Of a DNA stretch of 41,092 nt, positions 30,405-39,864 are shown in pieces (positions within the stretch are counted from its first letter, which is position 1; the number at the start of each line of letters is the position of its first letter). Under the pieces are notes generated by a model. The model worked only from the letters and a program-made list of their open reading frames with translations. It made no database searches and was not told where the DNA came from. The position numbers and the translations under genes were made by a program. The stretch lies in IMG/VR virus record IMGVR_UViG_3300012322_000001; one strand, given 5' to 3'. This stretch comes from a virus.

Positions 30405-31939
30405 CTGTCCAGACTCTCGCGGATCTGGGAAAGGTCGGCATCGTCAAGGATGTCCAGCCCCAGGAGCTCCCTATCAATGCCTGGTCTGATGGGGCCAACA
30501 TCCGCTTTCGTGACGGCGGGGTGGAGCGCATGAAGGGTGAGCTGCAGGTGTTCACCACTCCATCAGTTGTGCCGTACTGGCTGCAGCCCTACTACCAGGG
30601 TGGAAAGCGCTATTGGGTGCATGCCGGGTTGAGCGCAGTGTATACAGATGACGGCACCACGCGCACGAACATTACGCCTTCTACCGCTCCAACTGGCGGG
30701 ATCGACAACCGTTGGACTGGCGGCGTTCTCAATGGCGTCCTGGTGGCGAACAACGGTGTAGATGCGCCGTGGTATTGGGGTGGGACAGGCCTGATGCTCG
30801 CGCTCCCAGGTTGGACGGCCGGCATGAAGGCCGCAAGCCTGCGCCCGTTCAAAAACGTACTTGTCGCACTGGATGTGACGAAAAGCTCCACACGCTATGC
30901 AAACATGGTGAAGTGGAGCGACATCGCCGCGCCTGGAGCGGTTCCGCAAAGCTGGGACCAAAACGACAAGACGAAAAACGCTGGTGAACTAGACCTTGCG
31001 GAAGAACCGAGCCTGATGGTGGATCAGTTGCCCATGGGTGACGTGAACATCATCTACAAAGAGAACAGCATGTACGCCATGCGGGCGACTGGCGGCACTG
31101 ATGTGTTCTCGTTCCAGCGTCTTCCTGGCGCTGTTGGCGCACTCGGGAAGGGCTGCATCGCGCAGACGCCATTCGGCCATGTTGTGCTCACTCATGGCGA
31201 CGTGATCCTGCACTCTGGACAAGGCCCGAAGTCGATCATCAACGGGCGCATGCGGCAATGGCTGTTCAAGCAGATCGATTCTGTGAACCGTGGCCGCTCG
31301 CTGGTCTTCTCAAATCCTCCAGTCAAAGAGGTTTGGGTGTGCTTCCCGGAGCTAGGTAAGAACTACTGCACGCTGGCATGCGTCTGGAATTGGGAAGAGG
31401 ACACGTGGTCAATCCGGCGCCTGAACAACATCACTTGTGGTGGCGTGGGCCAACTGGACAGCGGCACTACGAACACCTGGGCATCTCAAAACTACGCCTG
31501 GGCTGATGCAGCTCAGGCATGGAACGAAGACCCGCTGTCGTCTGCGCAAGAGCGGCTGCTGATCGGCAATGCATCGCCAATCATCAATGCAGTAGAGATC
31601 ACGGGGACGATCAACGGAGCTGCGTACAGCAGTGTGGCAGAACGTACTGGCATTGCCCTGGGCGCGCCGGATGTTGTCAAGACAGTGCGGGGCCTGAGGT
31701 TCCGGGCGCTAGGCGCTGTCGGCACGCAGATCCAGATCGAGGTAGGTGGTCAGATGAGCATGGAAATGCCGATCAGCTGGTCAGCTCCTGTGACCCACAT
31801 CATCGGCGGTAGCGCATACGGGCAGATTGACACATTCGCGAATGGCCGATTCCTTGGGGTGCGCATCACATCCTTGGACAACCAGCCCTGGCGTTTTCAG
31901 TCCTATGACGCCGATTTCATCGTGACTGGGAGGTACTGA
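30401..31939 (+). CDS. Large virion or tail structural protein, 512 aa
   Basis: Track ORF. ATGA overlap upstream. Beta-rich composition. Confidence 0.7.
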   Translation: MTVQTLADLGKVGIVKDVQPQELPINAWSDGANIRFRDGGVERMKGELQVFTTPSVVPYWLQPYYQGGKRYWVHAGLSAVYTDDGTTRTNITPSTAPTGGIDNRWTGGVLNGVLVANNGVDAPWYWGGTGLMLALPGWTAGMKAASLRPFKNVLVALDVTKSSTRYANMVKWSDIAAPGAVPQSWDQNDKTKNAGELDLAEEPSLMVDQLPMGDVNIIYKENSMYAMRATGGTDVFSFQRLPGAVGALGKGCIAQTPFGHVVLTHGDVILHSGQGPKSIINGRMRQWLFKQIDSVNRGRSLVFSNPPVKEVWVCFPELGKNYCTLACVWNWEEDTWSIRRLNNITCGGVGQLDSGTTNTWASQNYAWADAAQAWNEDPLSSAQERLLIGNASPIINAVEITGTINGAAYSSVAERTGIALGAPDVVKTVRGLRFRALGAVGTQIQIEVGGQMSMEMPISWSAPVTHIIGGSAYGQIDTFANGRFLGVRITSLDNQPWRFQSYDADFIVTGRY

Positions 31940-32184
31940 TGTACGTGCCAACGAACGTCCCGCCGAATGCTGCGGAACTCCCTGGGTGGCTCATGCAAGA
32001 GCACCTGAACCTACAGAAGGCCCTCAACGGGCCTTCTTCTTTTTTGACGCTGCAAGAACTGCACAAAGAGCCCGCAAAGATCATTGTGGGCATGGTGGTT
32101 CTTGCTGATGGCACGGACTGGAACCCGGGCAGTGGCTCCGGTTTCTACGGCTACCGCGCGGGAGCGTGGCGATTCCTCGGATAG
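31939..32184 (+). CDS. Hypothetical protein, 81 aa
   Basis: Track ORF. TGATG overlap with the upstream gene. Confidence 0.6.
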   Translation: MYVPTNVPPNAAELPGWLMQEHLNLQKALNGPSSFLTLQELHKEPAKIIVGMVVLADGTDWNPGSGSGFYGYRAGAWRFLG

Positions 32185-32192
32185 GAGAAAAC

Positions 32193-33248
32193 ATGGCACT
32201 CTATCAATACCCCGACGGCACCCAAGGCTCCACGCCCTACCAAATGGGCGCGGATGGCCAATACGCGCGCCAGGGCTCCGGCCTGATCGAAGGATCGATG
32301 GTGTATGGTCAGCCCGGATCAGGCTATGCCGCTGGAACTGAACTTTCGGCAATGGGCCAAGGCCCGGCCACGAATCAATGGGCCACATCTGGCTTCGGCC
32401 AGCCGCAGGGCGGCAGTGGTGGCGCCGTCTTCGGCGGGTCGAATCCGTCTGGTGGCGGCATGACGTTCCATGGCGGACCATCGCCCGCCCCAATGCAGAA
32501 CGCTGGCGGTGCTGGCGGCAGCTACATGGATCAGACGAACCCCTATTTGCAGAAGCAAATGGACGCGGTTACGAAGACCATGACCGACAACTTCAACACC
32601 CGGGTGCAGCCGCAGATCGCGTCCAACGCGATGGCCGCTGGTGGCTACGGCGGTTCGCGGCAGGGCGTGCTTGAAGCCAATGCCATGAACGACCTGCAGT
32701 CGAACATCGGGAGCGCACTGGCTGGGCTCGGTGGAAATGCATTCGGCCAGCAGCTGCAGTACGACCTGGGCCGGCGCGCAGACAACCTCGGACAGGGCAA
32801 CCTGGGGCTTGGCTACTACAACGCAGCGAACAACTACAACTTGGGCCTTGGCAATCAGAACCTGGGCTACGCAAATCTGGACCGTCAGATCAACAACGAC
32901 AACAACAGCTGGGCGCTGCAAGGTGCGCAACTTGGCAACAACACCTGGAACCAGTTGAACAACAACAACCTGACGGGGTTGAACGCTGGAAACACGATCC
33001 AGAACACACCTCTGAACTACTGGCAGCAGTTCATGAATGGTGCAAATGGGATGGGTAACGGCTTTGGCACATCGACGGGTACGACAAACGTGCAGGGCAA
33101 CCCGCTGCTCGGTGCATTGGGCGGCGCCCAGCTGGCAGGACAGATCGGCAACCTTTGGGGTGGTGGTTCGTCCGGTGGCGCAAGCAGCGGAGGATCTGGC
33201 TTAGGCCTGCAACCGCCAACAACTGGTTTCTGGGGGACAACGTCATGA
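32193..33248 (+). CDS. Gly/Asn/Gln-rich low-complexity virion protein, 351 aa (internal or ejection protein candidate)
   Basis: Track ORF 32166-33248 trimmed to MALYQYPDG, with GGAGA upstream. Confidence 0.65.
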   Translation: MALYQYPDGTQGSTPYQMGADGQYARQGSGLIEGSMVYGQPGSGYAAGTELSAMGQGPATNQWATSGFGQPQGGSGGAVFGGSNPSGGGMTFHGGPSPAPMQNAGGAGGSYMDQTNPYLQKQMDAVTKTMTDNFNTRVQPQIASNAMAAGGYGGSRQGVLEANAMNDLQSNIGSALAGLGGNAFGQQLQYDLGRRADNLGQGNLGLGYYNAANNYNLGLGNQNLGYANLDRQINNDNNSWALQGAQLGNNTWNQLNNNNLTGLNAGNTIQNTPLNYWQQFMNGANGMGNGFGTSTGTTNVQGNPLLGALGGAQLAGQIGNLWGGGSSGGASSGGSGLGLQPPTTGFWGTTS

Positions 33249-33607
33249 GATACGAAGCGGAGAATCTCCCCAATGATGCGGTGCAGGCGATCCGCCCGGC
33301 ATTCGAGAAATCTCTTGCTGATCAGTCCGATTTCTGGGTTGAACAGTGCCGGTCTGGCAACGCTCAATACTGGCGTAGTGACGATGGCGCGTACTCGGCA
33401 ATCACAGAGGTGCGCGACACGGAAAAGGGCCGTGTATTCCACATGGTTGCATCTGCGGGCTCCTATCGCCCATCTCTTCTTGAAGAGGGCGAGAACTGGG
33501 GTCGAGAGATGGGCTGCGCACTTGCCATGACAGAAGGCCGGCCAGGCTGGGCCAAATTGCTCGACGGATACAAGGCCGTGTCCGTCCAATATATGAAGGA
33601 ACTCTGA
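33245..33607 (+). CDS. Hypothetical protein, 120 aa
   Basis: Track ORF 33155-33607 trimmed to MRYEAENLP. ATGA overlap at 33245-33248. Confidence 0.6.
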   Translation: MRYEAENLPNDAVQAIRPAFEKSLADQSDFWVEQCRSGNAQYWRSDDGAYSAITEVRDTEKGRVFHMVASAGSYRPSLLEEGENWGREMGCALAMTEGRPGWAKLLDGYKAVSVQYMKEL

Positions 33608-34431
33608 TGCCAGCAGCACTTGTACCAATTGCCGGAGCCGTCGCCGGATCTGTGGTTTCCGGGGCTTTGAACAAAGGCGGTGGTGGTGGATCGTCCCAGA
33701 CCACTACGAACGAGCCTTGGAGCGCAGTCCAGCCGTGGATGAAGGAGAACATCGAAAAGGGCCAGAAGCTCCAGGGCTACTACGAACAGAACCCGTTCAA
33801 CTCGCTGCAGCAGAACAGCTACCAGAACCTGTATGGTGATCTGGACAACTATCGGCAGAACATGGCGCCGAGCATGATGGCCCTGTCCAACAGGCTCATG
33901 AACAGCAACTACCAGCGCGCGCCTGCAGGCTCGGAGATGGGTGGATACCTGAGGCCTGAGCGCAGCATGGGCGCTGGCACGTACACCTATGGCGCTGGTG
34001 CTGCGCCTGGCGGTGCGGGCCAGGCTGGAGCTCTTGCAGGACTGCTCGGCCAAGCTGGGCAAGGCCAGACTCCACTTATGCAGGGTGGCGGCCTGTTGGG
34101 CGGGGGCGGCATCTCTGGCGCGCTCGGTGGCCTGATGAGCAGCCAAGGCCAGGACATGACGCAAGGTGCTGGCCAGGGCATGCAGTCGGGCGGGATTCGC
34201 CCAAGCCCTCTGATCCCCACCATGATGGCGAATCCAGGTACGGCCTACGGTCAGATCGATTTCGACGCGCTCAACCCCTACAAGGGCGCGCTCAAGCCAG
34301 AGGAAAAGTCTGCCGACACAGCCAACACAACTGGCTTGAATGATGACGAGTTGGAGTACCTGCGCCGCCAATACGCTCAGGACAAGTTCAGGCGCGATCA
34401 ATATGGTGATTTCGGTGGTGGAGGTGCGTGA
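33607..34431 (+). CDS. Gly-rich virion protein, 274 aa (internal or ejection protein candidate)
   Basis: Track ORF. N-terminal hydrophobic segment followed by low-complexity Gly/Gln/Ala regions. Confidence 0.65.
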   Translation: MPAALVPIAGAVAGSVVSGALNKGGGGGSSQTTTNEPWSAVQPWMKENIEKGQKLQGYYEQNPFNSLQQNSYQNLYGDLDNYRQNMAPSMMALSNRLMNSNYQRAPAGSEMGGYLRPERSMGAGTYTYGAGAAPGGAGQAGALAGLLGQAGQGQTPLMQGGGLLGGGGISGALGGLMSSQGQDMTQGAGQGMQSGGIRPSPLIPTMMANPGTAYGQIDFDALNPYKGALKPEEKSADTANTTGLNDDELEYLRRQYAQDKFRRDQYGDFGGGGA

Positions 34432-35714
34432 TGGCTGGACTACTCGATTTCCTGAACAGCCCTGATTCTCAGCTTGGGCTGAATCTGCTTGCTGCTGCTG
34501 GCAGCGGTCAACGCTTTGGGCCTGGTCTGTTGGGCGCCATGCAAGGTGTGCGCGCCCAGCAGATGGAAGAGATGAAGCGCGGCCTGTTGCAGTCTCAAGT
34601 CGATGAAAACAAGGCGCAGGCTGCACAACGACAAATGGCGGTGGATATGGCGCGCAGAGAAGGTGAATTGGCGCAGAAGTTCTACCAGCCAGGCCAATCG
34701 GCTATGCCAGCCCTGATGGGGGATGCCGCCTCTGGAATCATGCCAAGCCAGGGCCGTGCGGCCACGCCTGGCAACTTCGACATGCAGGGATATGCCAACG
34801 CGATGATGGGAGTGAACCCGAAACGGGGTATGGAGCTTCTGGCCGCGATGCAGAAGGAAATCCCTGTGGACAAGATCGACCCGACCAAGTTCACGCCGGC
34901 CTCTTTGGCGAAGTTCGCGCAGAGCCGTAACTACGGGGATCTGATGCCACGTGACAAACTGGAGTTCATTGAGGGTGTGGGCGTCAATCCGTTTGACCCT
35001 TCAAACGCAAATCGTTCCATCCCGAATCCCAACAAGCCCTTTCAGATGGACGCTCAGGGCAACATCATCCCCAATAAAGCGTACCAAAGTTACGAGATCA
35101 GCAAAGCAGCAGCCGGAGCGGCGAGAAACAGCACCAATGTCAGCGTCAATACTGAGAAGTCATTCTTGAACAAGGTGGCGGAAGGCGTTGGCAGCCAGAT
35201 AGATTCCTCGCTTGCCGGCGCAAGAGGTGGCCAATCCACGATCAGCACGCTGAACAATCTGGACGCCGCGTTGAACAGCGGAAAGGTGATGGCCGGGCCA
35301 CTCACTGCGCCTGCTCAGGTGATGATGCAGATCGGCACGCAGCTTGGCCTTGGTGGGAAAAGTTCCAAGGAGACCCTGGAAAACACGCGTTCTGCCATGC
35401 AAGCAATGGCACAACTGGAACTGGATGCCGCTAGCCAGATGAAGGGCCAAGGCCAGATCACGGAAAGCGAGCGTGCGATCCTGAGGAAAGCAGCCTCTGG
35501 CGACATCAGTATGTCAATTGGCGAGATCAAGACGCTCTCCAAGGTGGCCCGCAAGACCGCAGAGAACCGCATCCGCCAGCACAACCAGAACGTGCAGCCG
35601 CTGCTGAGCAACCCCAATGCAGGAGCCTTGGCGCCGTTCCTGACCGTCCCACAGCCCGAGGCCGCGCAAGCGCCTGCAGGCGGTGGTGTCGTAGACTTTT
35701 CGAGCCTCAAATAA
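34431..35714 (+). CDS. Internal virion or ejection protein candidate, 427 aa (N-terminus MAGLLDFL)
   Basis: Track ORF 34428-35714. The ATG at 34431 overlaps the upstream TGA. Confidence 0.7.
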   Translation: MAGLLDFLNSPDSQLGLNLLAAAGSGQRFGPGLLGAMQGVRAQQMEEMKRGLLQSQVDENKAQAAQRQMAVDMARREGELAQKFYQPGQSAMPALMGDAASGIMPSQGRAATPGNFDMQGYANAMMGVNPKRGMELLAAMQKEIPVDKIDPTKFTPASLAKFAQSRNYGDLMPRDKLEFIEGVGVNPFDPSNANRSIPNPNKPFQMDAQGNIIPNKAYQSYEISKAAAGAARNSTNVSVNTEKSFLNKVAEGVGSQIDSSLAGARGGQSTISTLNNLDAALNSGKVMAGPLTAPAQVMMQIGTQLGLGGKSSKETLENTRSAMQAMAQLELDAASQMKGQGQITESERAILRKAASGDISMSIGEIKTLSKVARKTAENRIRQHNQNVQPLLSNPNAGALAPFLTVPQPEAAQAPAGGGVVDFSSLK

Positions 35715-37831
35715 TGGATGTACGTCTGCCGGATGGCACCATCATCAGCAATGTCCCGGACGGCACGACAAAGGCCGACCTGGTCACGAAACTGCAGAAG
35801 AACGGTATGGCTGTGCCTGCAGATTGGCTGCAGCAGAGCGCGCCCGCCGCTCCTGCAAATCCTGTGCAGGACGCAGGACGCGCGGTCAACCGCGGCATCT
35901 CCGACCTGCCGCGCCAAGTCGGATTGGCCGGGCGCTATGGCCTGGAGGGCCTGGCAAACGCCGCCCAGGTGTTCACAGAGCCCGTTGCCGGGCTCATGCG
36001 CATGGCTGGCATCAACACAGCTCCTTTGGGGCAAGTAGCCACAAGCGCGGCTGATGCCATTGGCTTGCCTAAGCCGCGCGACGAGCTAGAGCGTGTGGTG
36101 GGCGACGCCACACGCCTTGTCGCGGGCGCTGGTGGCACTCTTGGTGGCGCCCAGCAACTGGCAAAGCTGCCCGGCATGATCGGCTCCATTGGCGGAGCTC
36201 TATCGACTGCGCCCATGGCTCAACTGTCGTCTGCTGCGGGCGGTGGCGGCTTGTCTGGTCTGTCGCGCGAAGGTGGTGGAGATGAACTGCAGCAGGCCGC
36301 GGCCGGTCTGATCGGTGGTGTGGCTGGCGGCTTTGCTCCTGGTCTGGTGCAGGGCGCCACGGCGGGCGTGAAGCGTGCCATGACGCCGAAGATGACGCCC
36401 CAGCAACTGGACGCGCAGATCAATGTGATCTTCGAGCGTTCGGGCGGCGACTACTCGCAGATCCCGGAGCGTGCACGCCAGGCGCTGCGCACTGAACTGC
36501 GCAGTGCGCTGCAGTCCGGCAAGGAAGTGAATGCTGATGCTGTGCGCCGACTGGCAGACTTCCAGGCCCTAGGGGTCACGCCCACGCGCGGCATGGTCAC
36601 GCAAGATCCTGTGCAGATCACGCGCGAGATGAACCTGGCAAAGATGGGAGCCAACTCCGCGGACGATCAACTGCAGGGCATGGCGCGTATCCAGAACCAG
36701 AACAACACGCGGCTGATCGGTAACCTGAACGAGGCCGGTGCGAGCCGTGGCGACCAGTTCCGTGCAGGCGAGTCGGCGATTGGCGGAATTTTGGGCAGGG
36801 ATGCCCAGAAGGCCGCGAACGTGACCACGCTTTACGACCAGGCGCGCGACACCACGGGGCGTAGCGCGCAACTGAACGGCCGCGCCTTTGCTGACAAGGT
36901 GAGCGAGGTGCTGGATCAGAACTTGCTCGGTGGCGCATTGCCGCCCCAGGTGGAGCAGCACATCAACCGGATCTCTGCCGGCCAAGTGCCATTCGATGTG
37001 AACTATGCCGAGCAGCTAAAGACGTTGATGGGCAACCTGCAGCGGAACACCAATGACGGTCAGACGCGCATGGCGCTGGGCATGGTGCGCCGTGCTCTGG
37101 ATGACACGCCGCTGATGCAGCAGGCTGCCCAGACAGCGCCTGGCGGCATCCCGATGCTCGGCGGGAGCGGCGGGACCAACCTCGGTCAAGAGTCCATCGA
37201 TGCGTTCAACGCCGCGCGCCAAGCTGCCCGCGAGCGTTTCGCTTGGCAAGAGAGCGGCCGGCCTGTTGCCCAGGCAATTGGCGGTGCTCAGCCTGATGAC
37301 TTCTTCCAGAAGTACGTGATCAAGGGGACTGTCGCCGATGCCCGCAACTTGGCAAACAATGTCCCGGTGGGCGAGACGCGTGATGCCATCGTCAACCACC
37401 TCAAAGACAAGGCCCTTGGCGGCGCTGCGGATGAAGTGGGCAAGTTCAGCCAGTCGGCCTACAACAAGGCCCTGAGCCAGATTGGCGACAAGAAGCTGAC
37501 CCTGTTCTTCCAGCCGGAAGAGATCGAAAACCTGAAGCGGGTTGGTCGTGTTGCAAGCTACACCCAGGTGCAGCCCGTGGGCTCCGCCGTGAACAACAGC
37601 AACTCCGGCGCGTTGCTGCTCGGGCGCGGCCTGGACATGATGCGCAACATTCCCGTTGTCGGCCCTATGGTCAGTCCGGCTGTGCAGAACGTGCGTGCGA
37701 CGCTTCAGCAGCGCGCCGCCGAGAACGTGGCGCCCGGCCTACTCGGCCCGGTTCAGCGAGATCCCGTGATGCGCGGCCTGCTCAACCCAGCCCTGGCATA
37801 CACCGGCGGCCTACTTGCGCCCCCTCCATGA
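35714..37831 (+). CDS. Large internal virion or ejection protein candidate, 705 aa
   Basis: Track ORF. TAATG overlap upstream. Ala/Gly-rich segments. It is the largest protein of the late operon after the portal. Confidence 0.7.
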   Translation: MDVRLPDGTIISNVPDGTTKADLVTKLQKNGMAVPADWLQQSAPAAPANPVQDAGRAVNRGISDLPRQVGLAGRYGLEGLANAAQVFTEPVAGLMRMAGINTAPLGQVATSAADAIGLPKPRDELERVVGDATRLVAGAGGTLGGAQQLAKLPGMIGSIGGALSTAPMAQLSSAAGGGGLSGLSREGGGDELQQAAAGLIGGVAGGFAPGLVQGATAGVKRAMTPKMTPQQLDAQINVIFERSGGDYSQIPERARQALRTELRSALQSGKEVNADAVRRLADFQALGVTPTRGMVTQDPVQITREMNLAKMGANSADDQLQGMARIQNQNNTRLIGNLNEAGASRGDQFRAGESAIGGILGRDAQKAANVTTLYDQARDTTGRSAQLNGRAFADKVSEVLDQNLLGGALPPQVEQHINRISAGQVPFDVNYAEQLKTLMGNLQRNTNDGQTRMALGMVRRALDDTPLMQQAAQTAPGGIPMLGGSGGTNLGQESIDAFNAARQAARERFAWQESGRPVAQAIGGAQPDDFFQKYVIKGTVADARNLANNVPVGETRDAIVNHLKDKALGGAADEVGKFSQSAYNKALSQIGDKKLTLFFQPEEIENLKRVGRVASYTQVQPVGSAVNNSNSGALLLGRGLDMMRNIPVVGPMVSPAVQNVRATLQQRAAENVAPGLLGPVQRDPVMRGLLNPALAYTGGLLAPPP

Positions 37832-37936
37832 GTCGTAGATAGCAAGCACGATCAGCGCGCCAATCCACCCGATAAAACCCGGGCTGAAATTGCTGTTCCT
37901 GATCATCTGATTAATGGTCTCACGCAAATTTTCCAT
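37811..37936 (-). CDS. Questionable antisense small membrane ORF, 41 aa (MENLRETINQMIRNSNFSPGFIGWIGALIVLAIYDSWRGRK)
   Basis: It lies in a 146-nt lower-GC spacer whose plus-strand frames are closed. One TM helix and a basic C-terminus. The SD is poor (AGGA only 2 nt from the ATG). Confidence 0.25.
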   Translation of the reverse strand: MENLRETINQMIRNSNFSPGFIGWIGALIVLAIYDSWRGRK

Positions 37937-37944
37937 AGTCCTAT

Positions 37945-37966
37945 GCCCGCCTTGAGCGGGCTTTTT
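37945..37966 (+). terminator. Intrinsic terminator inside the late operon
   Basis: GCCCGC-CTTGA-GCGGGC followed by TTTTT. The 22 nt are identical to the minus-strand terminator at 11044-11067. Confidence 0.65.
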
Positions 37967-37977
37967 GTTGAGAAAAC

Positions 37978-38400
37978 ATGGCTGGTGAATACGACCCAAC
38001 AAGCAGCATGAACCCGCTCGAATTGCTCCTGGCTGGCATCGGCCAGGGCATGAACAACACCAAGTCTGGGATACAGCAGTCGCTGGGTCAACTGTCGAAG
38101 CAGGACATTCGCGATCTGCGCGATCTCGACTCGCCACTGCTGTCTACCGGCATGGGGCGCGCGGGCTCAGTCCTGGGCAGCACGCTGAGCATGGTCCCGG
38201 CTGCTTTCGTCCCTGGAGCAAACACATTGGCCGGAGCAGGCCTCTTGGGCGCCGGGATGGGTCTCCTGCAGCCCAGTGAGTCCACTGATGAGACGCTGCG
38301 CAACGCGGCGATGTTTGGGCTGCTTGGACCGGCTAGCCAACTCTCTGGGCGCGCGCTTGGCGGCCTTCTTTCGATGCCTAGCAAAGCCGCCGCTTACTAG
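37978..38400 (+). CDS. Hypothetical Gly-rich, partly hydrophobic protein, 140 aa
   Basis: Track ORF. Confidence 0.6.
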   Translation: MAGEYDPTSSMNPLELLLAGIGQGMNNTKSGIQQSLGQLSKQDIRDLRDLDSPLLSTGMGRAGSVLGSTLSMVPAAFVPGANTLAGAGLLGAGMGLLQPSESTDETLRNAAMFGLLGPASQLSGRALGGLLSMPSKAAAY

Positions 38401-38432
38401 CTTGGCGACCAGCAAAAGCGCCAGGGCCACGA

Positions 38433-38783
38433 ATGGCACGAGGAAATAAGACAGATAGGACCACACAGATGAGAACCTCCATAGAGCCATCCGGCCCAGC
38501 GCAGCGAATCATTGAGCTGAAGCTTCCGCTTCCATACCTGCTATCAATCCTTGGTGGTATTGCAGCAATGATCGTTTCGATGCACTTCAAGGGCGAGAAA
38601 GCGGCCGAGGAAATCATTGCGCTGCGCGGCGACATCCGCGAGCTACGCGCAGAACTCAAGGTGAAGGACAACACGACGAGCAGCCTGTCAGGCGCTCTCA
38701 CGTTGCTGCAGTTCCGCATCGACACAGCAGAGTCCGACATCCGCGTGCTGAAGCAAGCAGAGCCACCGAGGAAGACCAAATGA
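38433..38783 (+). CDS. Membrane-anchored coiled-coil protein, 116 aa (or 104 aa from the ATG at 38469); holin, antiholin or i-spanin-like
   Basis: TM segment LPLPYLLSILGGIAAMIVSM followed by the coiled coil AEEIIALRGDIRELRAELKV. ATGA overlap with the endolysin gene. Confidence 0.6.
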   Translation: MARGNKTDRTTQMRTSIEPSGPAQRIIELKLPLPYLLSILGGIAAMIVSMHFKGEKAAEEIIALRGDIRELRAELKVKDNTTSSLSGALTLLQFRIDTAESDIRVLKQAEPPRKTK

Positions 38784-39856
38784 GCGATCCCATCGTACTC
38801 ATCGATGCGCTGTCGAACAGCAACGTCCAAGCCTTCCTGAGCATGCTCCGCTATGGCGAGGGCACATCGTCGGATGACGGATATCGGGTGATGTTTGGTG
38901 GAGAGCGGTTCGAGGATTTCTCGGATCACCCGCGCAGGGCGATCACGAAGCGCCTGGGCGGAAGCCCGATCACCAGTACAGCGGCCGGCGCTTACCAGTT
39001 CCTGTCCCGTACCTGGGACGGACTCGTCAAGCAATACGGATTCAAGGACTTCAGCCCGAAGAATCAGGACCTGGGCGCTGTCGCCTTGATCCTGGGCCGC
39101 AAGGCGCTGGATGACGTCATGGCGGGCAGGTTTGAGGCTGCCATTGCCAAGTGCAACCGCGAGTGGGCCAGCCTGCCCGGCAGTCCATACGGCCAGCCCG
39201 TGGTGACCATGGAGAAGGCCAAGCAGCTGTATGAAGAATATGGCGGCACCTACGCCCCGGCAATCGAGCCTCAGGCCTTCGTCTCACAGATCCCAGAAAC
39301 ACCAAAGGAGTCCAGCATGACCCCATTCGTAGCCGCCGTCCTTCCATCGCTGATCGACCTTGTGCCGAAGCTTGGGAAGCTGTTTTCCTCAGGCTCAGAG
39401 ACTGCAGAGCGCAATATCAAGGCCGCAGAGATCGTCGTGTCCGCAGCAAAGGAAGCCATCGGCGCGCGAAACGAGCAGGAGCTGATGGAGATCATCAAGA
39501 CCGATCCTTCAGCAGCCGCGTCTGTCAAAGCAGCGATTGAGGCCAAGTGGTTCAGCCTGGAGGAAGTGGGCGGCGGCATCCAAGCTGCGCGCGAGGCGAA
39601 TTCGATGTACCTGGAGCCTGGCGCCCCTGGCTTCTGGATGAACCCCGCGTTCTGGGTTTCCATGGCCTTCCTGCTGATGCCGCTCATGATCCTTGTGGAC
39701 ATGCTGTTCGTGCACCCAGGCAGCTACGATGACACGCTGCGCATCCAGATCGTGACCGCGATTTTGGCTCTGCTGGGCATCGTTGGCGCCTACTGGCTGG
39801 GCACAAGTTTCTCGTCTCAGCGCAAGTCTGAGCCGAAGACGCCAGGTGTGGTGTAG
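38780..39856 (+). CDS. Lambda R-type lytic transglycosylase (GH104-like endolysin) fused to a C-terminal membrane domain, 358 aa
   Basis: N-terminal 165 aa parallel lambda R (AFLSMLRYGEGT; GGERFEDFSDHPR; STAAGAYQFLSRTWD; FKDFSPKNQD; EWASLPGSPYGQ). The C-terminal part has TM helices AFWVSMAFLLMPLMILVDMLFV and IVTAILALLGIVGAYWLG. Confidence 0.85.
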   Translation: MSDPIVLIDALSNSNVQAFLSMLRYGEGTSSDDGYRVMFGGERFEDFSDHPRRAITKRLGGSPITSTAAGAYQFLSRTWDGLVKQYGFKDFSPKNQDLGAVALILGRKALDDVMAGRFEAAIAKCNREWASLPGSPYGQPVVTMEKAKQLYEEYGGTYAPAIEPQAFVSQIPETPKESSMTPFVAAVLPSLIDLVPKLGKLFSSGSETAERNIKAAEIVVSAAKEAIGARNEQELMEIIKTDPSAAASVKAAIEAKWFSLEEVGGGIQAAREANSMYLEPGAPGFWMNPAFWVSMAFLLMPLMILVDMLFVHPGSYDDTLRIQIVTAILALLGIVGAYWLGTSFSSQRKSEPKTPGVV

Positions 39857-39864
39857 GAGGAAAT

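Noticed and set aside
20156-37399. Long minus-strand ORFs inside the late operon, for example 20997-22301 (434 aa), 26009-27103 (364 aa), 33463-34626 (387 aa), 29410-30075 and 35315-36034.
   Set aside because: They are antisense shadows of clearly recognisable plus-strand genes (terminase, portal, capsid, ejection proteins). There are no SDs, the composition is aberrant, and they would break the tightly coupled plus-strand operon.
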